Positions 1 through 9,523 of a DNA stretch of 64,000 nucleotides are shown here, piece after piece. The stretch covers positions 64,001-128,000 of IMG/VR virus record IMGVR_UViG_3300044719_000253, one strand, 5' to 3'. The notes beneath the pieces are model-generated. The model did no database searches, was not told the DNA's origin, and worked only from the letters and a program-made list of their open reading frames with translations. This DNA is from a virus (lineage: Duplodnaviria > Caudoviricetes). A program made the position numbers and the translations under genes. How positions within the stretch are numbered: the first letter of the stretch is position 1; every line of letters begins with the position of its first letter.

Positions 1-481
1 TGGGGCGCGCGATCGTATTCAGATCGAAACTGCGCAGGCTATCCAGTGCCGGTGGAATCGGCGGCCAGACCACATTGAACAAATCGGGGCTATTGGTAAT
101 ATCGCGCAGCGCTTGGCGATATGCCGTGACTTGGGCTTGGGCCACCACATCCAGCATATTCCAACGGTCGACGCTCATCACGCTGTCCGAGGCCCGCAAC
201 AGCGGATCACGCATCGAGCGAATCCAGGCCAGCACTGCTGGTTGGGCGGTGGCGATCGCGTTGTTAATGCTGTCAGGATCGACCCCCACCGCCCGGGCGC
301 GTTCAATCGGCATGAAACTTACGCCTTGGTGGTTGGTAGCCCACAGGTAAAAGTGTTCGAGACTTTCGTCGCTCTGACCCAGCATGCCAGTGACGGTACC
401 CCAGGTGTTATCGAGTTGGATCAAATCGTGCGCGACTTTAAAGCGCATGTCGCACACGAGGTACCAGGTTGCGTTAAGCAT
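1..481 (-). CDS. Tail fibre assembly chaperone-like protein (3' end runs off the window)
   Basis: Not in the ORF track; translated by hand from ATG at 481 after an AAAGGAAAG RBS: MLNATWYLVCDM...AYRQALRDITNSPDLFNVVWP. The RQALRDIT..WP pattern is typical of phage tail assembly chaperones, and the gene lies downstream of the fibre. Confidence 0.7.
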   Translation of the reverse strand, partial: MLNATWYLVCDMRFKVAHDLIQLDNTWGTVTGMLGQSDESLEHFYLWATNHQGVSFMPIERARAVGVDPDSINNAIATAQPAVLAWIRSMRDPLLRASDSVMSVDRWNMLDVVAQAQVTAYRQALRDITNSPDLFNVVWPPIPPALDSLRSFDLNTIARP

Positions 482-492
482 GTTCTTTCCTT

Positions 493-1383
493 TTAAATCG
501 GTGTGATAGTCACATACCCACCTGGCCCCACATTGATCGGGACGCCATTGGCCACATACGACATGGTGGAAGGGGCTGGACTGATGGTGGGTGCCAGTGA
601 CCCGATCGCGCCCCCAGGGAGAGTTACTCCGGCCACGGTCACGGTCTGCCCAACATTACCTGGTACCACCGGGTTATAGTTGGCGTTACCCGGCGTATCG
701 GGATTGTAGTTAGCATTCCCCGGTGTCGTGGGGTTGTAATACGGGGTGGCAGGGTAATACGGGTTGTAATACAGATTGCCACCGGTGGGTGGATTGTAAT
801 TGGTGACCGGTGGGTTGGTATACGCGGGGGCATAGTTCCCCGGATTGGTGTTACCGGGCGTATAAGTTCCGGGATTGGTATACGCCGGATTGGTAATCGT
901 ACAGACTTTATACGGTTTACCTAAATCGTCATACGAGTAACCGGTATCCCATCCAGAAGGGCAGTTCTGGGTCATGGCCACATCGACTTCACTGGTCGAC
1001 TCTGGCACATAGTTCCCGTTGGTGTACGAACCGGGATTGGTGTTGCCCGGGGTGTACGAAGCTGGCACGTAGTTGCCGGGATTGGTCACTGAATTCCCGG
1101 GCACCACCGGATTGTAACCGGCGGCATTGCCCCCGGAAGCCGGGTTGGTGCCGGCATAGTTACCCGGAATCGGAGCATTGTAATTCGCGATGTTGCCGGG
1201 GGTGGGTGGATTATAATTCGCCACCGTTCCACCCGTAGGTGCATTGCCCGAACCGCCGCGTCCACCCACTTTCACCAAACCACGCCCATACGGAACTTGA
1301 TAGGTTCCAGGCGAATTGAAAGTGGTGACGTTCTTGTTGGCGCGCAATGTCTTTTCATAACGTAACCGTGTTGACAATGGCAT
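493..1383 (-). CDS. Gly-rich virion/fibre-associated protein with Asn-Pro-Gly repeat insertion
   Basis: Start reassigned to ATG 1383 (GAGG RBS). Gly-rich termini (TFNSPGTYQVP..GGRGGSG; VPINVGPGGYVTI) flank NYNPxxPGN repeats and a central CPSGW..KVC loop. Confidence 0.7.
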   Translation of the reverse strand: MPLSTRLRYEKTLRANKNVTTFNSPGTYQVPYGRGLVKVGGRGGSGNAPTGGTVANYNPPTPGNIANYNAPIPGNYAGTNPASGGNAAGYNPVVPGNSVTNPGNYVPASYTPGNTNPGSYTNGNYVPESTSEVDVAMTQNCPSGWDTGYSYDDLGKPYKVCTITNPAYTNPGTYTPGNTNPGNYAPAYTNPPVTNYNPPTGGNLYYNPYYPATPYYNPTTPGNANYNPDTPGNANYNPVVPGNVGQTVTVAGVTLPGGAIGSLAPTISPAPSTMSYVANGVPINVGPGGYVTITPI

Positions 1384-1427
1384 AATTACCTCAAGCGAAG
1401 GCATGGGGTAACTACCCCATGCTTCTG

Positions 1428-4400
1428 TTAACGTTGATCGTCAATCGCCAGACTGCCGGCATAGATCCCACCATCCACATAGAACGCCCATACATCCTTG
1501 GCGTTGGCGGTGGTGGTGCGCGGGGGCAAATTACCACCCGCCCACTGGACCGAATTACCGAAGCTCATGGCCCGGCCTCCGGTGGAGTCATTGATAGTAA
1601 TCAGCGTGAAGTTGAAGATCTCACCATTCGGTGCTGGGGGCGGATTAGTGAAGGTGATTGTGGTATTGGCCGCAATCGTGACTTTGAATACCGTAGCGCC
1701 ATCGCCGTTGTTCAAGTCGATGGTGGTGGCTGCTGTATTCGCCGTGATGTTGCGCACCTTTTCCCGGGCATTACCAAAGATCGGCAAGCCCGAGATTGGC
1801 AGATAATGCAAACACTGCACCACCCCCGACGCTCGCCCCACCACCACCGCCCAGTCACCGGCTTGTGTAACGATATCTTGTCCGGTCGGCAAAACCAACG
1901 AGGCTCCATTCTTCAGCGTCAGGCTGGCCGAAAAGTGCAAGAAACGCATGTGACCATCCGCCAGCAACAACGAGTTGATCGTGGTCGTGCCTGTGATTTC
2001 CACCACGTTACTGAGTACCGAATCCAGATTCACTGTCGCCGCTGCCGCCAAGCTAACCCCAGCAGCAAAGTTCAATGCCCCAGTCATGCTGTCGCCCGCT
2101 TTGTTGACCGGAGTATAAGTCAACTTAGCGAGAATTGATGCCTGGGTTTCATCGCCAGTATTCGAGCCGCTCAGCACGGACACACCAAGTTTCGACAGAA
2201 TCGAACCTTGGGTTTCGTCACCAGTGTTACTACCCGATAGCGTGCTGATCCCCAGTTTCGATTTGATGGTGGCCGCAGTTTCGTCGCCGGTGTTGGTGCC
2301 CGAGTTGACCCCGGTGATATCGGACAGCATGGCCACGGTACCATTCTTGTCGGGCATGACATACGCCCGGGGTACCGTGTTGTTGTTTTCCAGGGTCGAG
2401 GTGACCGTGCCGGCATTATTGATCAGATTCAGCTTATAACCCGTCATTCCGGCCACGCCATCCGTGGCGTTGATGCGGCTCGGCGCTATCGGCGTATAGC
2501 CCAATGCCCCCGTCACCATTGCGGCCGTGATGGCCGAAATATAACCGGCCGGGTTCGAGGCGTTATACGGCACATACCCGATGTTGGTTTCCAGCGCATC
2601 CCAGTTGGTGTTCACCTGACCCGGACTATCCACCAAAGCCCGGATCGAGTCGCCAATATTCAATTGGTTACCGCCGATGTTACCGGCCACCGAGATGAAG
2701 AACAGGTTACCTTTCTTGATCGCGCCCCCAGCGCCGGTCCCGCCCGTGGCTGGATAACTGCCAGTGGACGCATCCCAGCTACCGCAATCAACCACCACAC
2801 TGGTCAAGCGGCCGTCCATGTAATTCTTGACCGCCGACGTGGTCGGGTACTTCACGTTGTCGATCGTGCTAAAATCCGTGGCTTTGTTGCTGAGATTTTC
2901 TTTCAGATTCAGCGCGGTTTGCTGTGCGGTACTGACCGGTTTGTTGGCGTCACTGGTGTTGCTGACTTGGTCCAAACTCATCAAGGACTTAACCTGGGTG
3001 GTGGTCAAAGTCTCAACATTCCCTGATCCAGCACTGGCTCGCCCCAACATCATCCCAGTAGCGATCTGTGCCATTTTGGCCAGCGTCACCGAGTTAGGGC
3101 TGATCGTGGCCGGGAAGGTGCCGGTGCCGCTACCCGTGACATCACCGGTCAAAGTGATGGTTTGGTCGCCAGTGTTTGAACCGGTGACTTGAGTCGCACC
3201 CAACTTTTGCAAAATACTGGCTTGGGTCTCATCCCCAGTGTTCACCCCAGACGAGGTTCCCGCCAAGTCCGATAACATCGCCACCGTACCGTCTTTGTCC
3301 GGGAAGGTGTATGTACGCGCCGCTGTAGCGTCGTTACTGAGGAACGAAGTGAAGGTGCCGAGGTTGTTAATGAAGTTGTGCTTAAACCCGGTCGTTCCCA
3401 CCACGCCGTTGTTGGCGTTCTTATCAGTCGTCTTGAGCGGCGTGTACCCGAGTGCGGTCGTGACCATCGCCGACGTAATGCCAGAGATGTAACCGGCTGG
3501 GTTGGACGAGTTATACGGCACGTAACCCAGGTTCGATTCCAACACGCCCCAGTTCGATGGCGTTTGACCGGGGTTATCCACCAAAGCACGGAAGGAATCC
3601 CCGACATTGACTGACATGCCACCCAGCGTACCAGCCACCGACACATACCACAGATTGCCTTTCTTAATGGCCCCATTCAAACCACTACCACCGTTGGTGG
3701 GGAATTGATTGAGTGAGGCATTCCAGTTCCCGCAATCTTTCACGAGACCGACCACCAGCGCATCGGCATACGTCTTCACTGCTTGCACACTCGGGTACAG
3801 TGAGTCATTCACCACACTGAAGTCAGTGACTTTGTTGGCGACGTCTTCTTTGGTGGCCAGTTTGGCGGTGTAATCGTTGATAGCGTTGTTGATCTGGGTT
3901 TGCAGTTTACTGATGGCATTCACCACCGTATCGCCACTGGTCACCGCACCCGTCACGCCATTTACATAGTTGCTCAGCACTGATTGAATCGAGCGCAGCT
4001 GCGTGAAGTATTTGTTGGTATTACCTTCCGCCACTGAATCGGTATTTGCGATCAGCGTGGTGAGTTGGGCGTAGGCGGCGCCATTCCAGTAATACAATAC
4101 CGAGGCGGCCAAATCGATGTAAATCCGTTTGGGCACCCCTTGGTTGGGGAGCGCGGCGGAACTCGTGACTGTCACCACGTTATCAAAGTCACCGGTATTT
4201 ACCCCGGACAGGGTCGTGATGCCAAGTTTATTCTTGATAGTGGTGGCGGTTTCATCGCCGGTGTTCACCCCACTGTTGGTACCAGTGATATCCGAGAGTA
4301 ATGCAAGGGTGCCGCTGTTGTCCGGCAGATTCCAATTGCGACCCGCCGTGGCGTTATTGATCAGGTAGCCCTTGGTGTTGTTGACATTGTTGATGAGGGC

Positions 4401-4805
4401 CAACAGATTCCCTTCGTAACCCACATACCCATTGGGTGCGCTTTTGTTACTGGATGATTCTTTGCCTTGCAGCTGTGCCAACAGGTCATTGATCGCGGCT
4501 TGCACCACCGTCGACATTGGTTTGTCGGCATCGGCGGTGTTGTTGATTTGATCCAAACCCAAGTTGATACGGGCTTGTTGTTGTTGGGCTGGGTTGTAGG
4601 TCACCTGGGTGTCGGTGCGCAGCAGGTTATTTCCTTGCGCGGTCAAGGCATCAAACTTGGCTTGGGCCAGGCGCGCCTGTTTGGCCAACGATGGGATCTT
4701 ACCGGCCGGGGTGTCCACGTCGGTATTGGCGTCACCGCCAGCCACCAACCCAGCAATTTGCATGCTCGTTTTAAACCCGGCAATCAGGTTGTCCATGTCA
4801 GACAT
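1428..4805 (-). CDS. Long tail fibre protein (1125 aa)
   Basis: N-terminal DTPAGKIPSLAKQ anchor-like motif, SGxNTGDET repeats, two copies of a DCGxWxAS..GAIKKGNL module, Gly/Thr/Asn-rich composition, and adjacent chaperone. Confidence 0.85.
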   Translation of the reverse strand: MSDMDNLIAGFKTSMQIAGLVAGGDANTDVDTPAGKIPSLAKQARLAQAKFDALTAQGNNLLRTDTQVTYNPAQQQQARINLGLDQINNTADADKPMSTVVQAAINDLLAQLQGKESSSNKSAPNGYVGYEGNLLALINNVNNTKGYLINNATAGRNWNLPDNSGTLALLSDITGTNSGVNTGDETATTIKNKLGITTLSGVNTGDFDNVVTVTSSAALPNQGVPKRIYIDLAASVLYYWNGAAYAQLTTLIANTDSVAEGNTNKYFTQLRSIQSVLSNYVNGVTGAVTSGDTVVNAISKLQTQINNAINDYTAKLATKEDVANKVTDFSVVNDSLYPSVQAVKTYADALVVGLVKDCGNWNASLNQFPTNGGSGLNGAIKKGNLWYVSVAGTLGGMSVNVGDSFRALVDNPGQTPSNWGVLESNLGYVPYNSSNPAGYISGITSAMVTTALGYTPLKTTDKNANNGVVGTTGFKHNFINNLGTFTSFLSNDATAARTYTFPDKDGTVAMLSDLAGTSSGVNTGDETQASILQKLGATQVTGSNTGDQTITLTGDVTGSGTGTFPATISPNSVTLAKMAQIATGMMLGRASAGSGNVETLTTTQVKSLMSLDQVSNTSDANKPVSTAQQTALNLKENLSNKATDFSTIDNVKYPTTSAVKNYMDGRLTSVVVDCGSWDASTGSYPATGGTGAGGAIKKGNLFFISVAGNIGGNQLNIGDSIRALVDSPGQVNTNWDALETNIGYVPYNASNPAGYISAITAAMVTGALGYTPIAPSRINATDGVAGMTGYKLNLINNAGTVTSTLENNNTVPRAYVMPDKNGTVAMLSDITGVNSGTNTGDETAATIKSKLGISTLSGSNTGDETQGSILSKLGVSVLSGSNTGDETQASILAKLTYTPVNKAGDSMTGALNFAAGVSLAAAATVNLDSVLSNVVEITGTTTINSLLLADGHMRFLHFSASLTLKNGASLVLPTGQDIVTQAGDWAVVVGRASGVVQCLHYLPISGLPIFGNAREKVRNITANTAATTIDLNNGDGATVFKVTIAANTTITFTNPPPAPNGEIFNFTLITINDSTGGRAMSFGNSVQWAGGNLPPRTTTANAKDVWAFYVDGGIYAGSLAIDDQR

Positions 4806-4829
4806 GCGTGTTCCTTTTGTATGGAAAAG

Positions 4830-5324
4830 TTACGACTGTGGAAAGAGAGTCGCGGCGGATTGGGTCAAGAAGGTGAAGAGATCGGGGGCGCTGGCCGGAA
4901 TCCCATTCAGTATCGTTACCTCGGTATTCCCAAGCCACGCCAGCGAGCTATCGGCAGCACTTAACAAGAACGTCACCGGTACTCCGGTTTCGGTTACCGG
5001 TAAGATGGTGTTGGTCACATCTTCGGCCGTCATCTGGGCATTCTTGCTGGCATTGATATTGGCCAGTAAGCTGTCGATGGTGAATGGGGCTTCTTGAATT
5101 GCGTTGATGGTCCCCATGGCGGTCAAATTGACCCGGGTGTAAAACAGGTCCACCTGACCACTGTAGCCCGTCTGCGGGCCGCGCGAGCGCATGGTGACAC
5201 GAGTGTTATGGTCGTTGGCGTTATCGATCAACATCCCATCCAACGCCACCGTATCCGGGGTGATGGGATAAGTGGGATGGTTCTTGGCCACGACCATTTG
5301 AAGAATCCGGTCGGTACTGGACAT
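4830..5324 (-). CDS. Virion structural protein, small tail-associated family (paralogue of 5419..5997)
   Basis: 164 aa; YSGQVDLFYTRVNL matches YSGSRNVTYNRVDM in the neighbouring gene; next to the tail fibre. Confidence 0.6.
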   Translation of the reverse strand: MSSTDRILQMVVAKNHPTYPITPDTVALDGMLIDNANDHNTRVTMRSRGPQTGYSGQVDLFYTRVNLTAMGTINAIQEAPFTIDSLLANINASKNAQMTAEDVTNTILPVTETGVPVTFLLSAADSSLAWLGNTEVTILNGIPASAPDLFTFLTQSAATLFPQS

Positions 5325-5348
5325 AAGACACCTTGTTTAACAAACATC

Positions 5349-5408
5349 AAAAAAGAGAGCATCCCTACCCTTACTGCCACAAGGACGAGTAAGGGTAGGG
5401 ATGCTCTC
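5349..5408 (-). terminator. Intrinsic terminator
   Basis: Long perfect stem GAGAGCATCCCTACCCTTACT / AGTAAGGGTAGGGATGCTCTC followed by a T-run on the minus strand. Confidence 0.85.
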
Positions 5409-5418
5409 GTATGGTGAA

Positions 5419-5997
5419 TCACCCCGCGGGGGGTGGAGACGGGAAAGCAAACCCGTTGAGCAGGTTGTCGCCCGAGAGCTGCGAGATGGTCGGCAAGATG
5501 AAACCGCTCAGCAAGTTCTGGGTCAGGTAATCACTGATCAGGGTCTTGCCACCGACAGCCGTCAACACCAGCATGTTGATGTACACGTACGACCCGGGTT
5601 TGGCACGTAACAAGAAGTTGTGATTATTCAGCGTGGAGTCGGAGAAGTCCGGCAGCACATCGTCGTAATAATCTTCCGGTTGCAGATTCAGGTTGTACGC
5701 CGCATTGATGGTGGGCACCACTTCGTGCATGTAACGCCAGGACGGATCCATGGTGAATTCCGTGCTCCGTAGACCCGGAATCATCCCCATATCAACCCGG
5801 TTATACGTGACGTTGCGGCTACCGCTATACGGGCTCCCAGGGGTGGCGGTGATCAACATTCCCGTGTTGCGACTGGCGTTGGTCAACACGGTCGGTGCAC
5901 TGAAACTGACATCGGCCGTGGTCAGCGCACAACCGTTGGTTTGATTGATCAGATCAACCAAAATCTCCAACGGCATCTTGGTAAAATCAGTCGCCAT
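5419..5997 (-). CDS. Virion structural protein, small tail-associated family
   Basis: 192 aa, GGAG RBS; LVDLINQTNG...YNRVD pattern; paralogue of 4830..5324. Confidence 0.6.
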   Translation of the reverse strand: MATDFTKMPLEILVDLINQTNGCALTTADVSFSAPTVLTNASRNTGMLITATPGSPYSGSRNVTYNRVDMGMIPGLRSTEFTMDPSWRYMHEVVPTINAAYNLNLQPEDYYDDVLPDFSDSTLNNHNFLLRAKPGSYVYINMLVLTAVGGKTLISDYLTQNLLSGFILPTISQLSGDNLLNGFAFPSPPPAG

Positions 5998-6059
5998 AGT
6001 GGCTCCTATTTTGAATTCAATAAAAAGCTATTCAGGGTGGCATAGAATAAAAGCCAACG

Positions 6060-7421
6060 TCACGCCGCACTGGATTCGGTCACGGGGGTGACGAATACAT
6101 TCAGCGCCATTGTGCTGGTAAAGCGCTGGGCTGTGACCCCGGGATCGCGCAGATGGGTGTACCAGTGCGCTCCCTGTAATACCCCCATGACTTCGGCCAC
6201 CTCATCACCATCCAGGTACATGACCTTAACGGGCATCCCAGGATAGATCAACTCGGGGTCAGCGTTTTCCCACACCAATGACATGCCACTGCCTTGACGG
6301 GCCGCTAAGGCCGAGAATTCAACAAAGGGGTTGGCATTGATATTACGCAAACCCGCGGTAACGTAGTTAATCCCGTTCGGCCGTTCCTCCGTGATGATTT
6401 CGGTATTGGCCTTACTGCGCGTCGCGATAGCTTTGTTATCCTTCACCGTCACAAAGCTTTCCAGTAGCTGATCAGCATCAGCAAACCGCACCCCGTTACC
6501 CCGATTAAGTTGCGCCAAGTTGCGCAGTTCACGGATATTCACTTGACCAGTAGCGAGCACCACCAGGTTGTCACCATCCTTGCGGTAAGTGCGTTCAATC
6601 CCTGGCAGTCGATGCGGCGGGATATTCACAATGGTCAGAGTCGGATCGCCATCTTGAAACCGTGTCGTGTCATGTGAGGGAAATACGTACCACTGCGTGT
6701 CTTGCAGATAGTACCCCAAACCCGCTGCGTACAACCCCCCGCAGTGATAATGCACATGGTGCGGGATATCGACTGCCTTGACTTTGTGCGGGATGATCAC
6801 ATGCTCGCGTTTCTTGCGATTTGAAGCTGGCACCATCTTCACGCCGGTGATGGCGCGGCTGCTGTCGACCTGCACTTTTTGTGCGGTTTCCAGTAACACG
6901 GCCTTTACCACATCTTCCCCGGTCATGTTGCGTCGAATCCCGCCCGCGGAAATCGTGCGGAACTGTTCCAGCGCTTTATTCAACAACTGAAAGCGCACGG
7001 TCGGGATATCAATCCGGTTCAAATCTTCTTCGGACGTGATGATACCGATGTTGTTGGCCACGATCGGGTTACCGGTATCGATCATGACCGCGGCATACCG
7101 CTCGACTTGTGGCGGTGTGTCCATCTCCACCGCATCACTGGTTTCACCGATCGCCACTCGCTTCAATTCGATTTCCACGTTGTTGGCATTCGGATACAAA
7201 CGCTTGGCGTAAGTCCCGAGTGGAATCATCACATCCAGCAACATGTAGTCCGTGAAGTTGTGTAGATAGTCCCGGTCGATGTCGATCGACAGCAGCTTAA
7301 ACGGTTTGATGGTTTCTTCGCCGGCATAGATCGTGATATCCCACACATGGTGTACGGTTTTACTGCCTGTTCTCACAATCGCTTGGACTTCGCGCCAGAG
7401 CGATGAATTTTCAATGTCCAT
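6060..7421 (-). CDS. Virion structural protein (phiKZ gp101-like, possibly baseplate hub)
   Basis: 453 aa intact ORF in the structural block; assignment by synteny only. Confidence 0.55.
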   Translation of the reverse strand: MDIENSSLWREVQAIVRTGSKTVHHVWDITIYAGEETIKPFKLLSIDIDRDYLHNFTDYMLLDVMIPLGTYAKRLYPNANNVEIELKRVAIGETSDAVEMDTPPQVERYAAVMIDTGNPIVANNIGIITSEEDLNRIDIPTVRFQLLNKALEQFRTISAGGIRRNMTGEDVVKAVLLETAQKVQVDSSRAITGVKMVPASNRKKREHVIIPHKVKAVDIPHHVHYHCGGLYAAGLGYYLQDTQWYVFPSHDTTRFQDGDPTLTIVNIPPHRLPGIERTYRKDGDNLVVLATGQVNIRELRNLAQLNRGNGVRFADADQLLESFVTVKDNKAIATRSKANTEIITEERPNGINYVTAGLRNINANPFVEFSALAARQGSGMSLVWENADPELIYPGMPVKVMYLDGDEVAEVMGVLQGAHWYTHLRDPGVTAQRFTSTMALNVFVTPVTESSAA

Positions 7422-7432
7422 CGTCCCGTCCC

Positions 7433-8146
7433 TTATTTGTACTGTAAGCCGAGTTGCCGTCGTTCCTCAAACAACTTGGCCAGACTGTTTCGTTTCGGCA
7501 GAGTCGGATCTTCCACAATCGGATCGAGTTCCATCACGCCATGCTCATTAACTGCCGGCGGGGTCGTAGCAGCGATCTCAGCATGGGTGCCATATTGGCG
7601 ACCAACGCTCGATCCACCTGGCGTCTCGGGCAAAGTCTCGGGTTGGAGTTGCTTGTTGCGAATCCGATCGCCCAGCTTAGCAAACGGGTCGCGGGCCCGG
7701 GCCCGTCGCGCAAAGCCCGCGTGTTGTAGATTATCTCGCAGGCCATAGCGGGCATGCTGAAACACCGCATCGGCGAACTGGTCGAGTCGGATGAGTTCAG
7801 CCATGGTTTGCGGATCTCCAGTAACGTTTTCCGATTGCGCCAACACCTGGTTCATTACCGTTAAGTGATTGTGGATCAGTTTGTAGACTTCTTCACAATC
7901 GGTGCGTTTGATGAACTTAACCGGATACCCGCTGCTGTAGTGTGCTTCCAGTTTCGAAATCGGCCACATCACGATGTGTTCGTATTTGTCCAACTCACGA
8001 TCCACATCAGCGTTGCCGGTGGTGGGGGTGCCGTAGAGTTTGATGTCTTCTGCACTCCGGGCATGGTGCGGGTTAATACGCACTTGAAACAGTTTGTTGA
8101 ACAGATACCACCCGGTGCTCCGTTCCGACTCTGGGATGTAGCTCAT
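7433..8146 (-). CDS. Conserved hypothetical protein (phiKZ gp100-like)
   Basis: Start reassigned to ATG 8146, which overlaps the upstream stop (TAATG); synteny. Confidence 0.55.
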   Translation of the reverse strand: MSYIPESERSTGWYLFNKLFQVRINPHHARSAEDIKLYGTPTTGNADVDRELDKYEHIVMWPISKLEAHYSSGYPVKFIKRTDCEEVYKLIHNHLTVMNQVLAQSENVTGDPQTMAELIRLDQFADAVFQHARYGLRDNLQHAGFARRARARDPFAKLGDRIRNKQLQPETLPETPGGSSVGRQYGTHAEIAATTPPAVNEHGVMELDPIVEDPTLPKRNSLAKLFEERRQLGLQYK

Positions 8147-9510
8147 TACATTCTCCGAATAGCTCCGCGGATCATGGCCAGCAAAAATGGCATTTGGTAG
8201 AATTGCTCCAGTGGGGTCCAGCTGGTATAGCTGACGCACAACTGCAGCAACATCCGCAGCGGAATCGCCCGGTCATCCAGATAGTTCTGGAAAGCCAGTT
8301 CCAATGCCGATTGGCCGGGATTGACCGCTTGATAAAATTGAGGGGAAAACACGTACGTGTCGCTTTGCGAACTGTTAATCGCCGGGGCATCAAAATTCGG
8401 CAAACCATTCAGTTCACTGATTTGGATCACGTCAGCCAAACTGACCAACTGGCTTGGGGTGGCTTTGATCACCGTGTCGCTCAGTGGTTTGCTTTGGTCG
8501 TAACGTTGGTAATCGATCGACTTGACTGCATTCACCGGATAGACCACATAGTCGACACCAGCATAGCGGATCGAGTTCATCACTGGGTCGCGCGAAAATG
8601 CTTGTGCGGTCACCAGACCGACTTTGGTCATCGCGCCCACCAGCTCCTTACGTCGTTTCTTTTGTAGTGCCGTCCAGATGTTGGGGGTGAGGTAGTTGTC
8701 GTCTTCTTGCACATTCAGTTCGCGCACCAACTTGATGTTCGGGTGATTCGCATCGCGCAGCATCGAGAGCACGCTACGGGTCAAGAACGGATCGTACACC
8801 ACGTAATCTTGACCCGGCACCAACAAGGTCCGGCGCTCTTGGCTCATGAAGCGAGTGAAGTAGTAATCGACGAGTTCGGCATGGTATTGCTCCAACTTGG
8901 TCATGACGTCGTAGTCGTCGATATCCACCAACCCATGTTGACCATTTTCCAACATGTCGGCCACATACTTGACAGTCTGCACGGTCTTGGCGTTCAAGTC
9001 CACGATACGAGCATCTTGATCGGACCAAGCCACCAGCTTGTAATCGACAATATACGCTCCCACCCGCATGATGGTGCGCTTTTCCGAATTGGTGATTTCA
9101 AACACCGCCTCGCGGCCATCACCCACATCCGCCAAGAAACAATCCCCTTCGTTCGGGATCAAGCCGCAGGGGTAGACGTTCGCTTGTCCAGTGACATGGA
9201 ACTCTTTGGTCTGCTGGTCTTGCGTAGTATTGAGCGGCGTGGTGACTTTCAATTCCAGACCGACAATCAACTTGTACTGCTGATAAGCTGCCGGCCGGTC
9301 CAGGTTCTGACCCGACAAAGCATTGTCTTTCCCCAGCACCTGGCTGTAGTAATTCACCGACCATGAGGCCCCTTCGATGTGGGTCAGAAGCGATTCGATC
9401 GGCTCATAGCGGGTGTCAACAGTGACTCCACGGAATTCATCCGCGACCACCTTCACCGCCACCGGCGGATTGATCGGCGGGGTCAACGGGGTATCTTCAA
9501 TGATGGGCAT
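8146..9510 (-). CDS. Virion structural protein (phiKZ gp99-like)
   Basis: 454 aa intact ORF, AAGG RBS; synteny. Confidence 0.6.
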   Translation of the reverse strand: MPIIEDTPLTPPINPPVAVKVVADEFRGVTVDTRYEPIESLLTHIEGASWSVNYYSQVLGKDNALSGQNLDRPAAYQQYKLIVGLELKVTTPLNTTQDQQTKEFHVTGQANVYPCGLIPNEGDCFLADVGDGREAVFEITNSEKRTIMRVGAYIVDYKLVAWSDQDARIVDLNAKTVQTVKYVADMLENGQHGLVDIDDYDVMTKLEQYHAELVDYYFTRFMSQERRTLLVPGQDYVVYDPFLTRSVLSMLRDANHPNIKLVRELNVQEDDNYLTPNIWTALQKKRRKELVGAMTKVGLVTAQAFSRDPVMNSIRYAGVDYVVYPVNAVKSIDYQRYDQSKPLSDTVIKATPSQLVSLADVIQISELNGLPNFDAPAINSSQSDTYVFSPQFYQAVNPGQSALELAFQNYLDDRAIPLRMLLQLCVSYTSWTPLEQFYQMPFLLAMIRGAIRRM

Positions 9511-9523
9511 AATTCTTTTTCCT

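Noticed and set aside
493-4805. Diversity-generating retroelement or shufflon acting on the fibre genes
   Set aside because: No reverse transcriptase or recombinase in the window, and no near-identical template/variable repeat pair differing at adenines was seen; the duplications are diverged and intragenic.
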